Shown here: piece after piece, positions 50,370 through 59,761 of the stretch
Layout of the letters: each line of letters begins with the position of its first letter
Position numbering within the stretch: position 1 is the first letter of the stretch
Source of the DNA: Paracoccaceae bacterium
GTDB taxonomy: Bacteria; Pseudomonadota; Alphaproteobacteria; Rhodobacterales; Rhodobacteraceae
Direction: 5' to 3'
DNA length: 64,000 nucleotides
Assembly (NCBI GenBank): GCA_964291375.2
Contig: OZ219810.1
Location: 54,021 to 118,020, forward strand
The notes under the pieces: generated by a model
Seen by the model: only the letters and a program-made list of their open reading frames with translations
The model's database searches: none
What the model was told of the DNA's origin: nothing
Program-made: the position numbers and the translations under genes

Positions 50370-51568
50370 GTCACCGCCCGCCCCCTGAAATACCGCCGCC
50401 ACAACGGGTTGAAGCCAAGGCGGTTGATCAGCCCGGCGGGGCTGGTGGCCTGCCAGACGACCACATCCGCCGACCGGCCTGCCTCTAGCGTCCCGGTCTC
50501 GCCCTCCAGCCCAAGCGCCTGCGCCGCGGCAAAGGTGGTGGCGGCAAGGCATTCCGGCACAGTCAGGCCGAAAAGCGTCGCCCCCATATTCATCGCCAAC
50601 AGAAGGGATGTCATCGGCGAACTGCCCGGATTGCAATCGGTTGCCAGGGCGATGGTCGCGCCCGCCCGCCGCAATGCCTCAACCGGGGGGGCCTGGGTTT
50701 CGCGCAGGGTATAGAACGCCCCCGGCAGCAATACGGCAACGGTCCCGGCGCGGGCCATAATTTCGGCGTCCGCCGCGCTCAGATATTCCAGATGATCCGC
50801 AGACAGGGCATTATAGCGCGCCGCCAGCGCCGCCCCGCCAAGGTCTGAAAACTGTTCGGCATGGAGCTTGACCGGCAGCCCGAGGGCAACGGCCCGGTCG
50901 AAAACCTGCGCGATTTCCGGCGGTGAAAAGGCGATGCCCTCGCAAAATCCGTCCACCGCGTCGGCCAGACCCTCCGCATGAGCCTGCTCCAGCCCCGGCA
51001 GAACCACCTCATCCAGATACCCCTGCCGGTTCTGCCGATAGCGGGGGGGCACGGCATGGGCGGCCAGATAGCTTGTCCTGATGCGCACCGGGCGCACCCG
51101 TTCCAGCGCGCGGGCGGCGCGCAGCATATTCAGCTCGCCCTCGATAGTCAGCCCGTAGCCGGATTTGACCTCGACCGTCCCGACCCCTTCGGCCAGCAGG
51201 TGATCAAGCCGGGGCAGCGCCGTCTCGACCAGCTCATCGACAGACAGGGCGTTGGTGGCCGAAACGGTCGCGGCAATGCCGCCGCCTGCGCGCGCAATCT
51301 GTTCATAGCTTTGCCCTTCCAGACGCCGCCGGAACTCGTCCGAGCGCTCGCCGCCATAAACGATATGGGTGTGACAGTCGATCAGGGCCGGGGACAGCAG
51401 ACGCCCGGCGCAATCGACGACCTCGTGATCCGGGGAAAGCTCATCCACCGCGACCGCGCCCACATGGGCGATCCTGCCGTCATGCAGCAATACACCGGCC
51501 CGTGGCGGCAGGTTGGCAGCCCCCGCCCCGGCAAGCGTTGCATTGATCAGAGCCGTCGGCCTGTGCAT
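50366..51568 (-). CDS. hutI: imidazolonepropionase
   Basis: Metal site [10 protein letters not shown]. 400 aa from [10 protein letters not shown] (ATG 51568). Confidence 0.9.
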   Translation of the reverse strand: MHRPTALINATLAGAGAANLPPRAGVLLHDGRIAHVGAVAVDELSPDHEVVDCAGRLLSPALIDCHTHIVYGGERSDEFRRRLEGQSYEQIARAGGGIAATVSATNALSVDELVETALPRLDHLLAEGVGTVEVKSGYGLTIEGELNMLRAARALERVRPVRIRTSYLAAHAVPPRYRQNRQGYLDEVVLPGLEQAHAEGLADAVDGFCEGIAFSPPEIAQVFDRAVALGLPVKLHAEQFSDLGGAALAARYNALSADHLEYLSAADAEIMARAGTVAVLLPGAFYTLRETQAPPVEALRRAGATIALATDCNPGSSPMTSLLLAMNMGATLFGLTVPECLAATTFAAAQALGLEGETGTLEAGRSADVVVWQATSPAGLINRLGFNPLWRRYFRGRAVT

Positions 51569-51783
51569 GGCAAAGTGCCCCCCGTGTGTATGGGCGTGTG
51601 CATGGGGTGGTTCGGATGCACCCGGTTTGTTGTATGGGTGAATGAATGCAGGCACAAGCATTCGGATGCGCCGCAGACCATGCGCCCCCTGCCCCCGCCC
51701 CCGCTTATAGCGTGGCAAGGCCGCGTCCGGCCCGCACGGGTGGGCGCGAACGCGCCGCCCCGTGGGGGGTGAGGCCCGTCTCG

Positions 51784-51806
51784 GAAACGGTCCGGTGGAC
51801 CGTTTC
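51784..51806. terminator. perfect 10-bp hairpin in the hutF-hutI spacer
   Basis: GAAACGGTCC-GGT-GGACCGTTTC. The loop is only 3 nt. Confidence 0.25.
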
Positions 51807-51903
51807 AGGGCCGAACGGGCGGAGCCCAATGACGGCGCGGCTTGGGCAGTTCCGCCGGGCAGGGTCAGGACCAGGGCTTGGACTCAAAATCCGGGCGTCA
51901 GGC

Positions 51904-53289
51904 TCACACCGCCGCCAGAAGGCACCCCAGCGCCCTGCGGTATGCAGAGGCAATCCGTGCCCGCCTCCGGTGCCGCCCGTCGCTGACCACATGACGGCCC
52001 GCCGCCCAGGTATCCGTCACCATGCGCCCGCCCCCGGCAAAGATCAGGCTGTCAAGCAACCGGTCCCCGCGCCGGTGCGCAAGATGAACAGACCCGGCGT
52101 CAAGGGCAATCAGGTCCGCCCATTTGCCGACACTTATCGCCCCGCTGTCCCGCCCGGCGGCCTGCGCGCCCCCTTGCAACGCGGCCTCATAGAGCACTCT
52201 TCCGGCGGACCTGTCTGCATCCGCATACATCGCCCGCCCGGTATGTTTCAGGCGTTGCGAGTATTCGAGTGTGCGCAATTCCCCGGCCAGGGAAATACGG
52301 ATGTTGCTGTCGGACCCGACGCCGAAAACACCGCCATGCCGGGCAAAGCGCATCCCGTCGAAAATCCCGTCGCCCAGATTGCTTTCGGTGATCGGGCACA
52401 GCCCGGCGACGGCCCCTGAACCGGCCAGCGCCCGCGTTTCCCCCGGCGACATATGGGTGCAGTGGATCAGGCACCAGCGTCCTGTGACATCGGCATTCGA
52501 CAGCAACCATTCGACCGGGCGCGCACCGGTGGCGGCGCGAACTTCCTCGACCTCGGCGGGCTGTTCGGCGATGTGCATGTGGATGGGGCGGTCGGGGCGC
52601 AACCGGGCGACCTCGGCCAGCATATCGGCATCAACCGCCCGCAGGCTGTGCGGCGCAACCCCGGTCAGACAATCCGCAGGCAATGTCCTGGCCGCCTGCT
52701 CTGCCCCTTCCAGCACCCGCCCGAAACCTTCCGGGTCATTGCCGAACCGGAGCTGCCCCGCCCCCAGAGGGCGCTTGTCAAGGCCACCATAGCAATAGAG
52801 AACCGGCAACAACGTCAGCCCCGCGCCGGTCTCTGCCGCTGCCGCCACGATCCGGGCCGACAATTCCGCCGGGGTGTCATAGGGTTTCCCCCCCGGCTGA
52901 TGGTGCAGATAGTGAAACTCCGCCGAGGCCGCATATCCGGCCTCCAGCATTTCCATCTGCGCAAACGCGGTAATCGCCCCGACATGCTCCGGTGTCATCC
53001 GGTCGAGAAACCGATACATGGTTTCGCGCCAGGTCCAGAAACTGTCGGCAGGCCCGGCACCCCGGCGTTCAGTCAGGCCGGCCATCGCGCGCTGAAAGCC
53101 ATGGCTGTGAAGATTGGTGAGGGCGGGCAGAATGATTGCCCGCGTTTCGGTATCGGCCGGGGGCGGGGTGTTGGCGCGCACCTCTTTGATGCGCCCGTCC
53201 GCACCGATGCGGATCAGAACGTCATCCGCCCAGCCTGACGGCAGTAGGGCGGTTCCGGCGTGAAGGGTGGTTGTCTTCTGTCCGGTCAT
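51904..53289 (-). CDS. hutF: formimidoylglutamate deiminase
   Basis: 461 aa amidohydrolase with NLHSHGFQR, in a hut context. Confidence 0.85.
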   Translation of the reverse strand: MTGQKTTTLHAGTALLPSGWADDVLIRIGADGRIKEVRANTPPPADTETRAIILPALTNLHSHGFQRAMAGLTERRGAGPADSFWTWRETMYRFLDRMTPEHVGAITAFAQMEMLEAGYAASAEFHYLHHQPGGKPYDTPAELSARIVAAAAETGAGLTLLPVLYCYGGLDKRPLGAGQLRFGNDPEGFGRVLEGAEQAARTLPADCLTGVAPHSLRAVDADMLAEVARLRPDRPIHMHIAEQPAEVEEVRAATGARPVEWLLSNADVTGRWCLIHCTHMSPGETRALAGSGAVAGLCPITESNLGDGIFDGMRFARHGGVFGVGSDSNIRISLAGELRTLEYSQRLKHTGRAMYADADRSAGRVLYEAALQGGAQAAGRDSGAISVGKWADLIALDAGSVHLAHRRGDRLLDSLIFAGGGRMVTDTWAAGRHVVSDGRHRRRARIASAYRRALGCLLAAV

Positions 53290-53538
53290 CGTATCGGTAT
53301 CGTATCCCGGATGACGTGCCCGGCTTCAACCGGTTTTCGCGCCCCGGGGCGGGGAAAGTCACGGCCCGGCCATGCCCTGTGGCTCTGTCCGCATTACACC
53401 ATGATTGAAAATCCCCCTTCTTGTTTCCTTTTTGTTAACGATAACCTCAATTTCTGCCATAATATCCGGGATTGGGCCCATTTTTGCCCGAATTTGTTGC
53501 AATATGATGAACCAGCGAAAGCAGGAGCGAATCAGGTC

Positions 53539-54444
53539 ATGGACCGACTGACGGAAATGGAAGCCTTTGCCACGGTCGTGGACCAGGGGGGCTTTACGGA
53601 CGCCGCCAGAAAGATGGGTATCTCCAAGTCTGCGGTCTCGAAACATGTCTCGTCGCTCGAGGCCCGGCTTGGCGCGCGGCTGCTCAACCGCACCACCCGG
53701 CGCGTCAGCCCGACCGAGATCGGCCTGGCCTATTACGACCGCGCCCGCCGGGTTCTGAATGACGCGGGCGAGGCCGACACGCTGGTCAGCGCGATGCAGT
53801 CCGCACCGTCGGGGCTGTTGCGCATCTCGGTTGCCACCGATTTCGGCGTCAATCACCTGTCGCCGATTCTGGGCGATTTCCTGCGGGAGTTCCCGGACAT
53901 CACGGTGAACATGGTGCTGAATAATCGCTATGTGGAGCTGATCTCGGAAGGGTTTGATCTGGCGATCAGGATCGGCGAGCTTGAGGACAGCACCCTGCGC
54001 GCCCGCAAGCTGACCGAAACCACCAAGCGGATGATTGCCGCGCCGTCCTATTTCGCGGAGTTCGGACGCCCGGACAGAATCGACGACCTGAACGAGCACA
54101 AACTGCTGCATTATTCCAGTCTGGCCAACAATGCCGTCTGGAAACTGACCGCGCCCTCTGGCGAAAAAAGGCAGGTGCGCACTTCGGGGTGGCTGAGCGT
54201 CAATGACGGGCAGTCGCTGCTGAATGCCGCCATTTCGGGCCTCGGTATTGCCTATCTGCCGGGGTTTCTGTGTGCGGAAGCCCTGCGCAGCGGGCAGGTC
54301 GAAGAGGCGATCCCGGACCTGCCGAAGGAAACGTCCGGTATTTATGCGGTCTATCCGCCGGGCCGCTTCACCCAGCCCAAGGTTCGGGCGTTCATCGACT
54401 TTCTGGTCAAGCAGTTTGCCGATAAGGGGCCGGATGTGTGGTAG
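53539..54444 (+). CDS. LysR-family transcriptional regulator
   Basis: MDRLTEMEAFATVVDQGGFTDAARKMGISKSAVSKHVSSLEARLGARLLNRTTRR is the wHTH, followed by a LysR substrate-binding domain. Divergent from hutF. Confidence 0.9.
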   Translation: MDRLTEMEAFATVVDQGGFTDAARKMGISKSAVSKHVSSLEARLGARLLNRTTRRVSPTEIGLAYYDRARRVLNDAGEADTLVSAMQSAPSGLLRISVATDFGVNHLSPILGDFLREFPDITVNMVLNNRYVELISEGFDLAIRIGELEDSTLRARKLTETTKRMIAAPSYFAEFGRPDRIDDLNEHKLLHYSSLANNAVWKLTAPSGEKRQVRTSGWLSVNDGQSLLNAAISGLGIAYLPGFLCAEALRSGQVEEAIPDLPKETSGIYAVYPPGRFTQPKVRAFIDFLVKQFADKGPDVW

Positions 54445-54611
54445 GGGCGGCGGCCCGCACATCTGAAAGACCTCTGAATATTGGCCCGGTCGGGCAGACG
54501 ATTTGGCCAAGGATCAGCATACTGGCCGGTTGCAGTCCGCCCCGCTTGCGCTCATCCTGTCCGGGTGAGTCGACCACGGGCACATCCCTCCCCTCTGAAA
54601 AAGGCCACGCC

Positions 54612-55757
54612 ATGACCCTTGCCGGAAACTGGTCCTACCCGACCGCCATCAGGTTCGGCGCAGGCCGGATCACCGAACTGCCCGCCGCCTGTGCAGAGGC
54701 CGGGATCGAGAGGCCGCTTCTGGTCACCGACAAGGGCCTTGCCGGGCTGCCGATCACCCGGCAGACCCTCGACATCACAGAGGCCGCCGGGCTGGGCCGC
54801 GCGCTGTTCGCAGAGGTTGATCCGAACCCGAACGAACAAAACCTCTCGGCGGGCGTCGCCACCTACAGGGCGGGCGGCCATGACGGGGTGATCGCCTTTG
54901 GCGGCGGGTCCGGCCTTGACCTTGGCAAGATGGTCGCCTTTATGGCCGGTCAGACCCGCCCGATATGGGATTTCGAGGACATCGGCGACTGGTGGACCCG
55001 CGCCGACGCCGACGCCATCGCGCCCATCGTTGCCGTCCCCACCACCGCAGGCACCGGATCAGAGGTGGGCCGGGCGAGCGTGATCACCAATTCCGCAACC
55101 CATGTGAAGAAGATCATATTCCACCCCAAAGTCCTGCCCCGCGTGGTCCTCTGTGACCCGGAACTGACCACCGGCGTGCCCGCCGCCATCACCGCAGGCA
55201 CCGGGCTGGATGCCTTCGCCCATTGTGTCGAGGCGTTTTCCTCGCCCCATTATCACCCGATGAGCCAGGGTATCGCGCTGGAGGGGATGCGGCTGGTTAA
55301 GGAGTATCTGCCGCGCGCCTTCAGGGATGGCGGCGATATTGAGGCCCGCGCGCAGATGATGGCCGCCGCCGCCATGGGCGCGACCGCCTTTCAGAAGGGC
55401 CTGGGGGCGATCCACGCCATGAGCCACCCTGTGGGCGCGCATTTCAACACCCACCACGGAACCACCAATGCGGTCTGTATGCCTGCGGTGCTTGCGTTCA
55501 ACGCGCCTGCCATCGCCGGGCGGTTCGCAACAGTGGCGGCTTATCTGGGCATCGGGGGCGGTTTTGACGGGTTTTGCGCTTTCGTGCAGGCGCTGAATGA
55601 TGGTCTGGGTATTCCGCGCAGGCTGTCCGATCTGGGCGTGACCGAGGCATCGATTCCTGATCTGGTCAGGGGGGCGATTGCCGATCCGTCCTGTGGCGGC
55701 AACCCGGTGGAGCTGACAGAGGACGCTCTTGACGGCCTGTTCAGGGCGGCCCTGTAG
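54612..55757 (+). CDS. iron-containing alcohol dehydrogenase family protein
   Basis: 381 aa from MTLAGNWSYP. AFGGGSGLDLGK and the His cluster HAMSHPVGAHFNTHHG. Confidence 0.85.
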   Translation: MTLAGNWSYPTAIRFGAGRITELPAACAEAGIERPLLVTDKGLAGLPITRQTLDITEAAGLGRALFAEVDPNPNEQNLSAGVATYRAGGHDGVIAFGGGSGLDLGKMVAFMAGQTRPIWDFEDIGDWWTRADADAIAPIVAVPTTAGTGSEVGRASVITNSATHVKKIIFHPKVLPRVVLCDPELTTGVPAAITAGTGLDAFAHCVEAFSSPHYHPMSQGIALEGMRLVKEYLPRAFRDGGDIEARAQMMAAAAMGATAFQKGLGAIHAMSHPVGAHFNTHHGTTNAVCMPAVLAFNAPAIAGRFATVAAYLGIGGGFDGFCAFVQALNDGLGIPRRLSDLGVTEASIPDLVRGAIADPSCGGNPVELTEDALDGLFRAAL

Positions 55758-55799
55758 GCCCCCGGACAGGTTCGCAGGTGGTGTTGGGTGTGCCGCTGC

Positions 55800-56105
55800 T
55801 GATTCAGTCAGGTCGCACCGGGTCCGCAGGGGGGGGCGCGCCGCTCACCCCATTGAGGGGTGAGGCGACGCGGCCCGGTCTTGCGACCGGGCGTGCTGTT
55901 TGGCTGTCTATGCGCCATTATGCAAGACCTCTGCATAAGGCTGTATCACCCCCCGAATGCCCCGCCCGGCGGAACGCCGGGCAGCGCCCGCCCCGCCCCA
56001 TGGCGGACGCTTCGCTTCCGCCGGGTCGGGCGCTGCCCTCACCGGTCTTGTGAAACCCATCACCCATGTCTCTGCCGGACCCGGACATCATGCGAGAGGT
56101 CTCTG
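55800..56105. repeat. composite intergenic repeat: GC-rich unit (about 55815-55900) plus an inverted MITE-like copy (55924-56103)
   Basis: 55924-56103 is the reverse complement of the 46190-46351 element with one indel of about 20 nt. 55815-55900 recurs inverted at 58175-58262. Confidence 0.65.
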
Positions 56106-56203
56106 TCATAAATTTCACACTGTCACGCCCTGTCCCTCTCGCGCTACAATACCGGCACCCCGCCAATACCGGCACCAGACCCGTTCCCCGTCGGGAGGCC
56201 CCA

Positions 56204-57247
56204 GTGAACACGCACCACCTGTCATCCGTCATGGACGCGCTCCCCGCCGCGATGCTGCTGATCGGGGATGATGAGCGCATTGAGGCCGTCAACAGGCGCG
56301 CGACCGCCCTGCTCGGGGGGGATTTCACCGGACGCCACCATGTCACGGCCCTGCGCCAGCCTGCCCTGCTCGATGCCATCGACGCCGTGCTGAGCGGCGG
56401 GGCCGCGCGGGACGCCCCCTTTCAGGGAAACGACGCCGGGCAGGAGACATCCTATCGCGCCCATTGCGCGCCGGTGCTGCGCGAGGGCGCGGGCACCGCC
56501 GTGATGGTCAGTTTCAGCGACACCACTGACCTGCAAACCGCCGACCGGATGCGCCGGGATTTCGTCGCCAATGTCAGCCACGAATTGCGCACCCCGCTGA
56601 CCGCTCTGCTCGGGTTCATCGAAACGCTCAGAGGCCCGGCGCGGGACGACAAAGCGGCGCAGGACAGGTTTCTCGCCATTATGGAAGACGAGGCGGGCCG
56701 GATGAACCGGCTGGTCCGCGATCTGCTTTCCCTGTCAAGGGTCGAGGAGCTTGAGCGCCGCCGCCCCGCCGGAACGGTCAATATCAGCACCATCGTTCAG
56801 AGCGCGGTGACGGCCCTGCGCCCGCTGGCAGAGCAAGAGGGCGTCCGGCTGCATGTCGCCATGCCCGCGCAGATCACGCCGGTTGTCGGCGATGCCGATC
56901 AGCTTCAGCAGGTGATCACCAATCTGGTCGAGAATGCCGTCAAATACGGGCGGAAGGGCGGGGCGGTCTCGGTGCAGGTGACAGAGGCGCAGGACGCGGC
57001 GGGCCTGCGCGGGCCGGGGGTGCGCATCGACGTGACCGATACCGGCGAGGGGATTGCCGAGAGGCACCTGGCGCGTCTGACCGAGCGTTTCTATCGCGTG
57101 GACCCGCACCGGTCGAGAGAGATGGGCGGCACCGGCCTGGGGCTGGCAATCGTCAAGCACATCGTCAACCGCCACCGTGGCCGCCTGCGCATCCGCAGCG
57201 AACCCGGAAAGGGCAGTTGTTTCTCGGTGGTGTTGCCGGTGGACTGA
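56204..57247 (+). CDS. phoR: PAS sensor histidine kinase, PhoR-like (no TM segment, no adjacent response regulator)
   Basis: H box DFVANVSHELRTPLT. N, G1 and G2 boxes NLVENAVKYG, DTGEGI and GGTGLGLAIV. GTG 56204 has GGGAGG upstream; the alternative start is ATG 56231. Confidence 0.65.
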   Translation: MNTHHLSSVMDALPAAMLLIGDDERIEAVNRRATALLGGDFTGRHHVTALRQPALLDAIDAVLSGGAARDAPFQGNDAGQETSYRAHCAPVLREGAGTAVMVSFSDTTDLQTADRMRRDFVANVSHELRTPLTALLGFIETLRGPARDDKAAQDRFLAIMEDEAGRMNRLVRDLLSLSRVEELERRRPAGTVNISTIVQSAVTALRPLAEQEGVRLHVAMPAQITPVVGDADQLQQVITNLVENAVKYGRKGGAVSVQVTEAQDAAGLRGPGVRIDVTDTGEGIAERHLARLTERFYRVDPHRSREMGGTGLGLAIVKHIVNRHRGRLRIRSEPGKGSCFSVVLPVD

Positions 57248-57319
57248 AAAGACCTCTGTATAATAGCCAAGCCGGGCGGGACAAGTTGGCCGCTGATATG
57301 CCATTATGCAGAGGTCTTT
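57247..57319. repeat. short (73 bp) MITE-like element
   Basis: AAAAGACCTCTGTATAAT ... ATTATGCAGAGGTCTTT. The IS abuts its right end. Confidence 0.6.
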
Positions 57320-57381
57320 AGAGCGTAGACTTATAAACTGATATGTGATTCAAAGTTTTCCATGATGAAACGAGGGAGGGT

Positions 57382-57759
57382 TTGATGTCCGGTAATTTCT
57401 GGCTGTCCGAGGAACAGTTCAACAAGATCAAACCGTTGCTGCCGAACAAGCCCCGCGGTGTGCCGCGCGTGGATGACCGGCGGGTGATCTCCGGCATCAT
57501 CTTCTGCCTCAAACGCGGCTATCGCTGGTCGGACGTTCCCGCCGAATATGGCCCGGCCAAGACGCTTTATAACCGCTACAAACGCTGGTCTGAGGCAGGC
57601 GTGTTCGGACAGATATTCGAGGCTCTGGCGGCGGAGCGGGCCGACCTTTCGACGCTGATGATCGACGCCAGCCACATCAAGGCCCACCGCATCGCCGCGG
57701 GTGGGGTCAAAAAAACACCGGCGCCGGGCGGGCGATCGGGCGGACAAAAGGCGGGCTGA
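57382..57759 (+). CDS. IS5-family transposase OrfA (N-terminal DNA-binding part)
   Basis: LSEEQFNKIKPLLPNKPRGVPRVDDRRVISGIIFCLKRGYRWSDVP is the typical IS5/IS427 N-terminus. Confidence 0.85.
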   Translation: MMSGNFWLSEEQFNKIKPLLPNKPRGVPRVDDRRVISGIIFCLKRGYRWSDVPAEYGPAKTLYNRYKRWSEAGVFGQIFEALAAERADLSTLMIDASHIKAHRIAAGGVKKTPAPGGRSGGQKAG

Positions 57760-58148
57760 ACACGAAGCTGCACCTGGTCTGCGACGGGGCGGGCAGGCCG
57801 GTGCATCTGCACATCACCGCGGGCAACCGCGCCGACATTACCCAAGCACGTCAATGCCTTGAGGGCCATGTCCGTAAGGGTGACACCGTCATCGCAGATC
57901 GCGGGTATGACGCGAACCACCTGCGCCAATGGCTGACCGGCATCGGCGCGACACCCTGCATCCCGCCGCGCAAAAACCGCAAGGTTCGGCTCAAATACGA
58001 CGCCGCGCTTTACAAGTCCCGCAACATCATCGAGCGCATGTTCAACCGCCTCAAAGACTGGCGGCAACTGAGCCTGCGCACCTTTCGATGCGCCGAAACA
58101 TTCCTCGCCGCAGCACAGATCGCCGCTATCGTCATATGGTATTTGTGA
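57709..58148 (+). CDS. IS5-family transposase OrfB (DDE part), reached by a -1 frameshift at A7 (57709-57715)
   Basis: The -1 frame after AAAAAAA reads NTGAGRAIGRTKGGLNTKLHLVCDGAGRPVHLHITAGNRAD...DRGYDANHLR...NIIERMFNRLKDWR. The track ORF 57801..58148 is its 3' part. Confidence 0.8.
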
Positions 58149-58160
58149 GTCTACACCCTA

Positions 58161-58355
58161 ATAGCGCATTGGCAACCAGCCCGTCCCGCCCGGTCGTAAG
58201 ACCGGGCCGCGCCGTCTCACCCCTCAATGGGGTGGGGCGGCGCGCGCGCCCCTTGCGGGGGCCGGACGCGACCCTTGTCAAGACCTCTGCATAAGGGTGT
58301 ATCGCCCCCCAATACCCCGCCCGGCTCAAGCCAATATGCAAAAATCTCTTGCAGC
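58161..58355. repeat. composite intergenic repeat (inverted GC-rich unit plus a partial MITE-like copy)
   Basis: 58175-58262 is the reverse complement of 55815-55900. CAAGACCTCTGCATAAGG at 58279-58296, followed by sequence like 55941-55975. Confidence 0.6.
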
Positions 58356-58368
58356 GGGCGGCGGCAAT

Positions 58369-58890
58369 TCACACGTCCCGCAACCCCGCGCGATAGCGTT
58401 TCATGTTCGCCCGGTATCCCGCCGCTGACCGGCATATCCCGCGCATGGTGTCTTCATCCAGCGCCCGCACCACCTTTCCCGGCATTCCCATCACCAGACT
58501 GCCATCGGGGATGTCCTTGCCCTCGGTGATCAGCGTCCCGGCCCCGATCAGACAGTTACGCCCCACCCGTGCGCCGTTCAGGATGATCGCCCCCATGCCG
58601 ATCAGGGACTGCGCGCCAATCACACAGCCATGCAGCATGACCTTATGCCCGATGGTGCAATCCGCGCCGATCACCAGCGGAAAACCCATATCGGTGTGCA
58701 GGACGCAATTTTCCTGAACATTGCTGCCCTGCCCGACCGTGATGCGCTCATTGTCACCGCGCAGGGTCGCGCCGAACCAGACCGAGGCCCCGGCCTCCAC
58801 CGTCACCCTGCCGATCAGATTGGCATCCGGCGCGACCCAGGCATCCCCGGCGATTTCGGGCACAATTCCGTCAAGCGCATAGACGGTCAT
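58369..58890 (-). CDS. gamma-carbonic-anhydrase-like hexapeptide-repeat protein
   Basis: 173 aa. [31 protein letters not shown]...[12 protein letters not shown] is a left-handed beta-helix pattern. Confidence 0.8.
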   Translation of the reverse strand: MTVYALDGIVPEIAGDAWVAPDANLIGRVTVEAGASVWFGATLRGDNERITVGQGSNVQENCVLHTDMGFPLVIGADCTIGHKVMLHGCVIGAQSLIGMGAIILNGARVGRNCLIGAGTLITEGKDIPDGSLVMGMPGKVVRALDEDTMRGICRSAAGYRANMKRYRAGLRDV

Positions 58891-59528
58891 GTCATTTCCC
58901 CGAACTCCGAATGCAACCGGCGCACATGGCCCTGAAGCCCCGGCTGCTGTTCCCGCCGCAACCGCTCTGCCGAGACAATCGTCTTCAGCCGCTCTTCGGT
59001 CGCATCAAGATCGTCATTGATCAGCACATAGTCATACGCCCCCCAATGGCTGATCTCGTCCCAGCTTTTGGCCATCCGCCCGAGGATGACATCGCCACTG
59101 TCCTGCCCGCGGGCAATCAGCCGCCGCCGCAGTTCGGGGATTGATGGCGGCAGGATGAAGATAGACAGCGCGTGGCGGCCCAGATCGGAATTTCTGATCT
59201 GCTGCTCTCCCTGCCAGTCCACATCAAACAGCACGTCCCGGCCCGCCCTGATCGCCGCTTTGACCGGGGCGGCGGGGCTGCCGTAGAAATGCCCGAACAC
59301 ATGGGCATGTTCGAGCATTTCGCCCTTTGACACCATGTCGCGAAACCGGGCTTCGTCGTAAAAGTGATAATCCTTGCCGTCCGTCTCGCCCGCGCGCCGC
59401 TTGCGGGTGGTGGCCGAGACCGAAAACTCTATCGTTTCATCCCATGCGCGCAGCCGTCGCGCCAGGGTCGATTTTCCCGCCCCCGAGGGCGAGGACAGAA
59501 TGATAAGAAGGCCGCGCCGGTCCGCCAT
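58887..59528 (-). CDS. gmk: guanylate kinase
   Basis: 213 aa with P-loop [11 protein letters not shown] and a Gmk-like body. Confidence 0.9.
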   Translation of the reverse strand: MADRRGLLIILSSPSGAGKSTLARRLRAWDETIEFSVSATTRKRRAGETDGKDYHFYDEARFRDMVSKGEMLEHAHVFGHFYGSPAAPVKAAIRAGRDVLFDVDWQGEQQIRNSDLGRHALSIFILPPSIPELRRRLIARGQDSGDVILGRMAKSWDEISHWGAYDYVLINDDLDATEERLKTIVSAERLRREQQPGLQGHVRRLHSEFGEMT

Positions 59529-59761
59529 GACTGCTCCACGCTGTGAAGAACCTGCCCCCGCATCTGCGTCATGGCGGCTTTCAGGTCAAGCCTGATCACG
59601 GGGGGCCGGGCGGACGGTTTGGCCGTTGACGCGCCGTTATGCAAAGGTCTTTTCCCTGTAGTCTGACCCGGAAACTGCTCTATAGTCCCCGCCGTTGATG
59701 CGCGCATCGCACAGGCGGGCACGGGCGCACGCTTGAGGCACGGCAACGAAGGAACACGAGG

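Larger units (their letters stand above)
57321..58158 (+). mobile_element. IS5-family (IS427-like) insertion sequence, 838 bp, apparently intact
   Basis: Imperfect IRs GAGCGTAGACTTATAAA and, reverse-complemented, GGGTGTAGACTCACAAA (13/17 match). TA on both flanks (57319-57320 and 58159-58160). Two overlapping transposase ORFs with an A7 slippery run. Confidence 0.85.

Noticed and set aside
50370-50636. N-terminal extensions of track ORFs: hutH 50370-50636, hutI 51569-51829, serA 6271-6411, serB 5005-5070, the LysR gene 53260-53538, the ADH 54438-54611, the phoR-like gene 56066-56203, fdsB 45096-45233 and the EF-G-like gene 3191-3262.
   Set aside because: The family-conserved N-termini begin at the internal starts. 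The extensions are Arg/Pro-rich, overlap upstream genes or repeat elements, and several internal starts show SD motifs or ATGA coupling.
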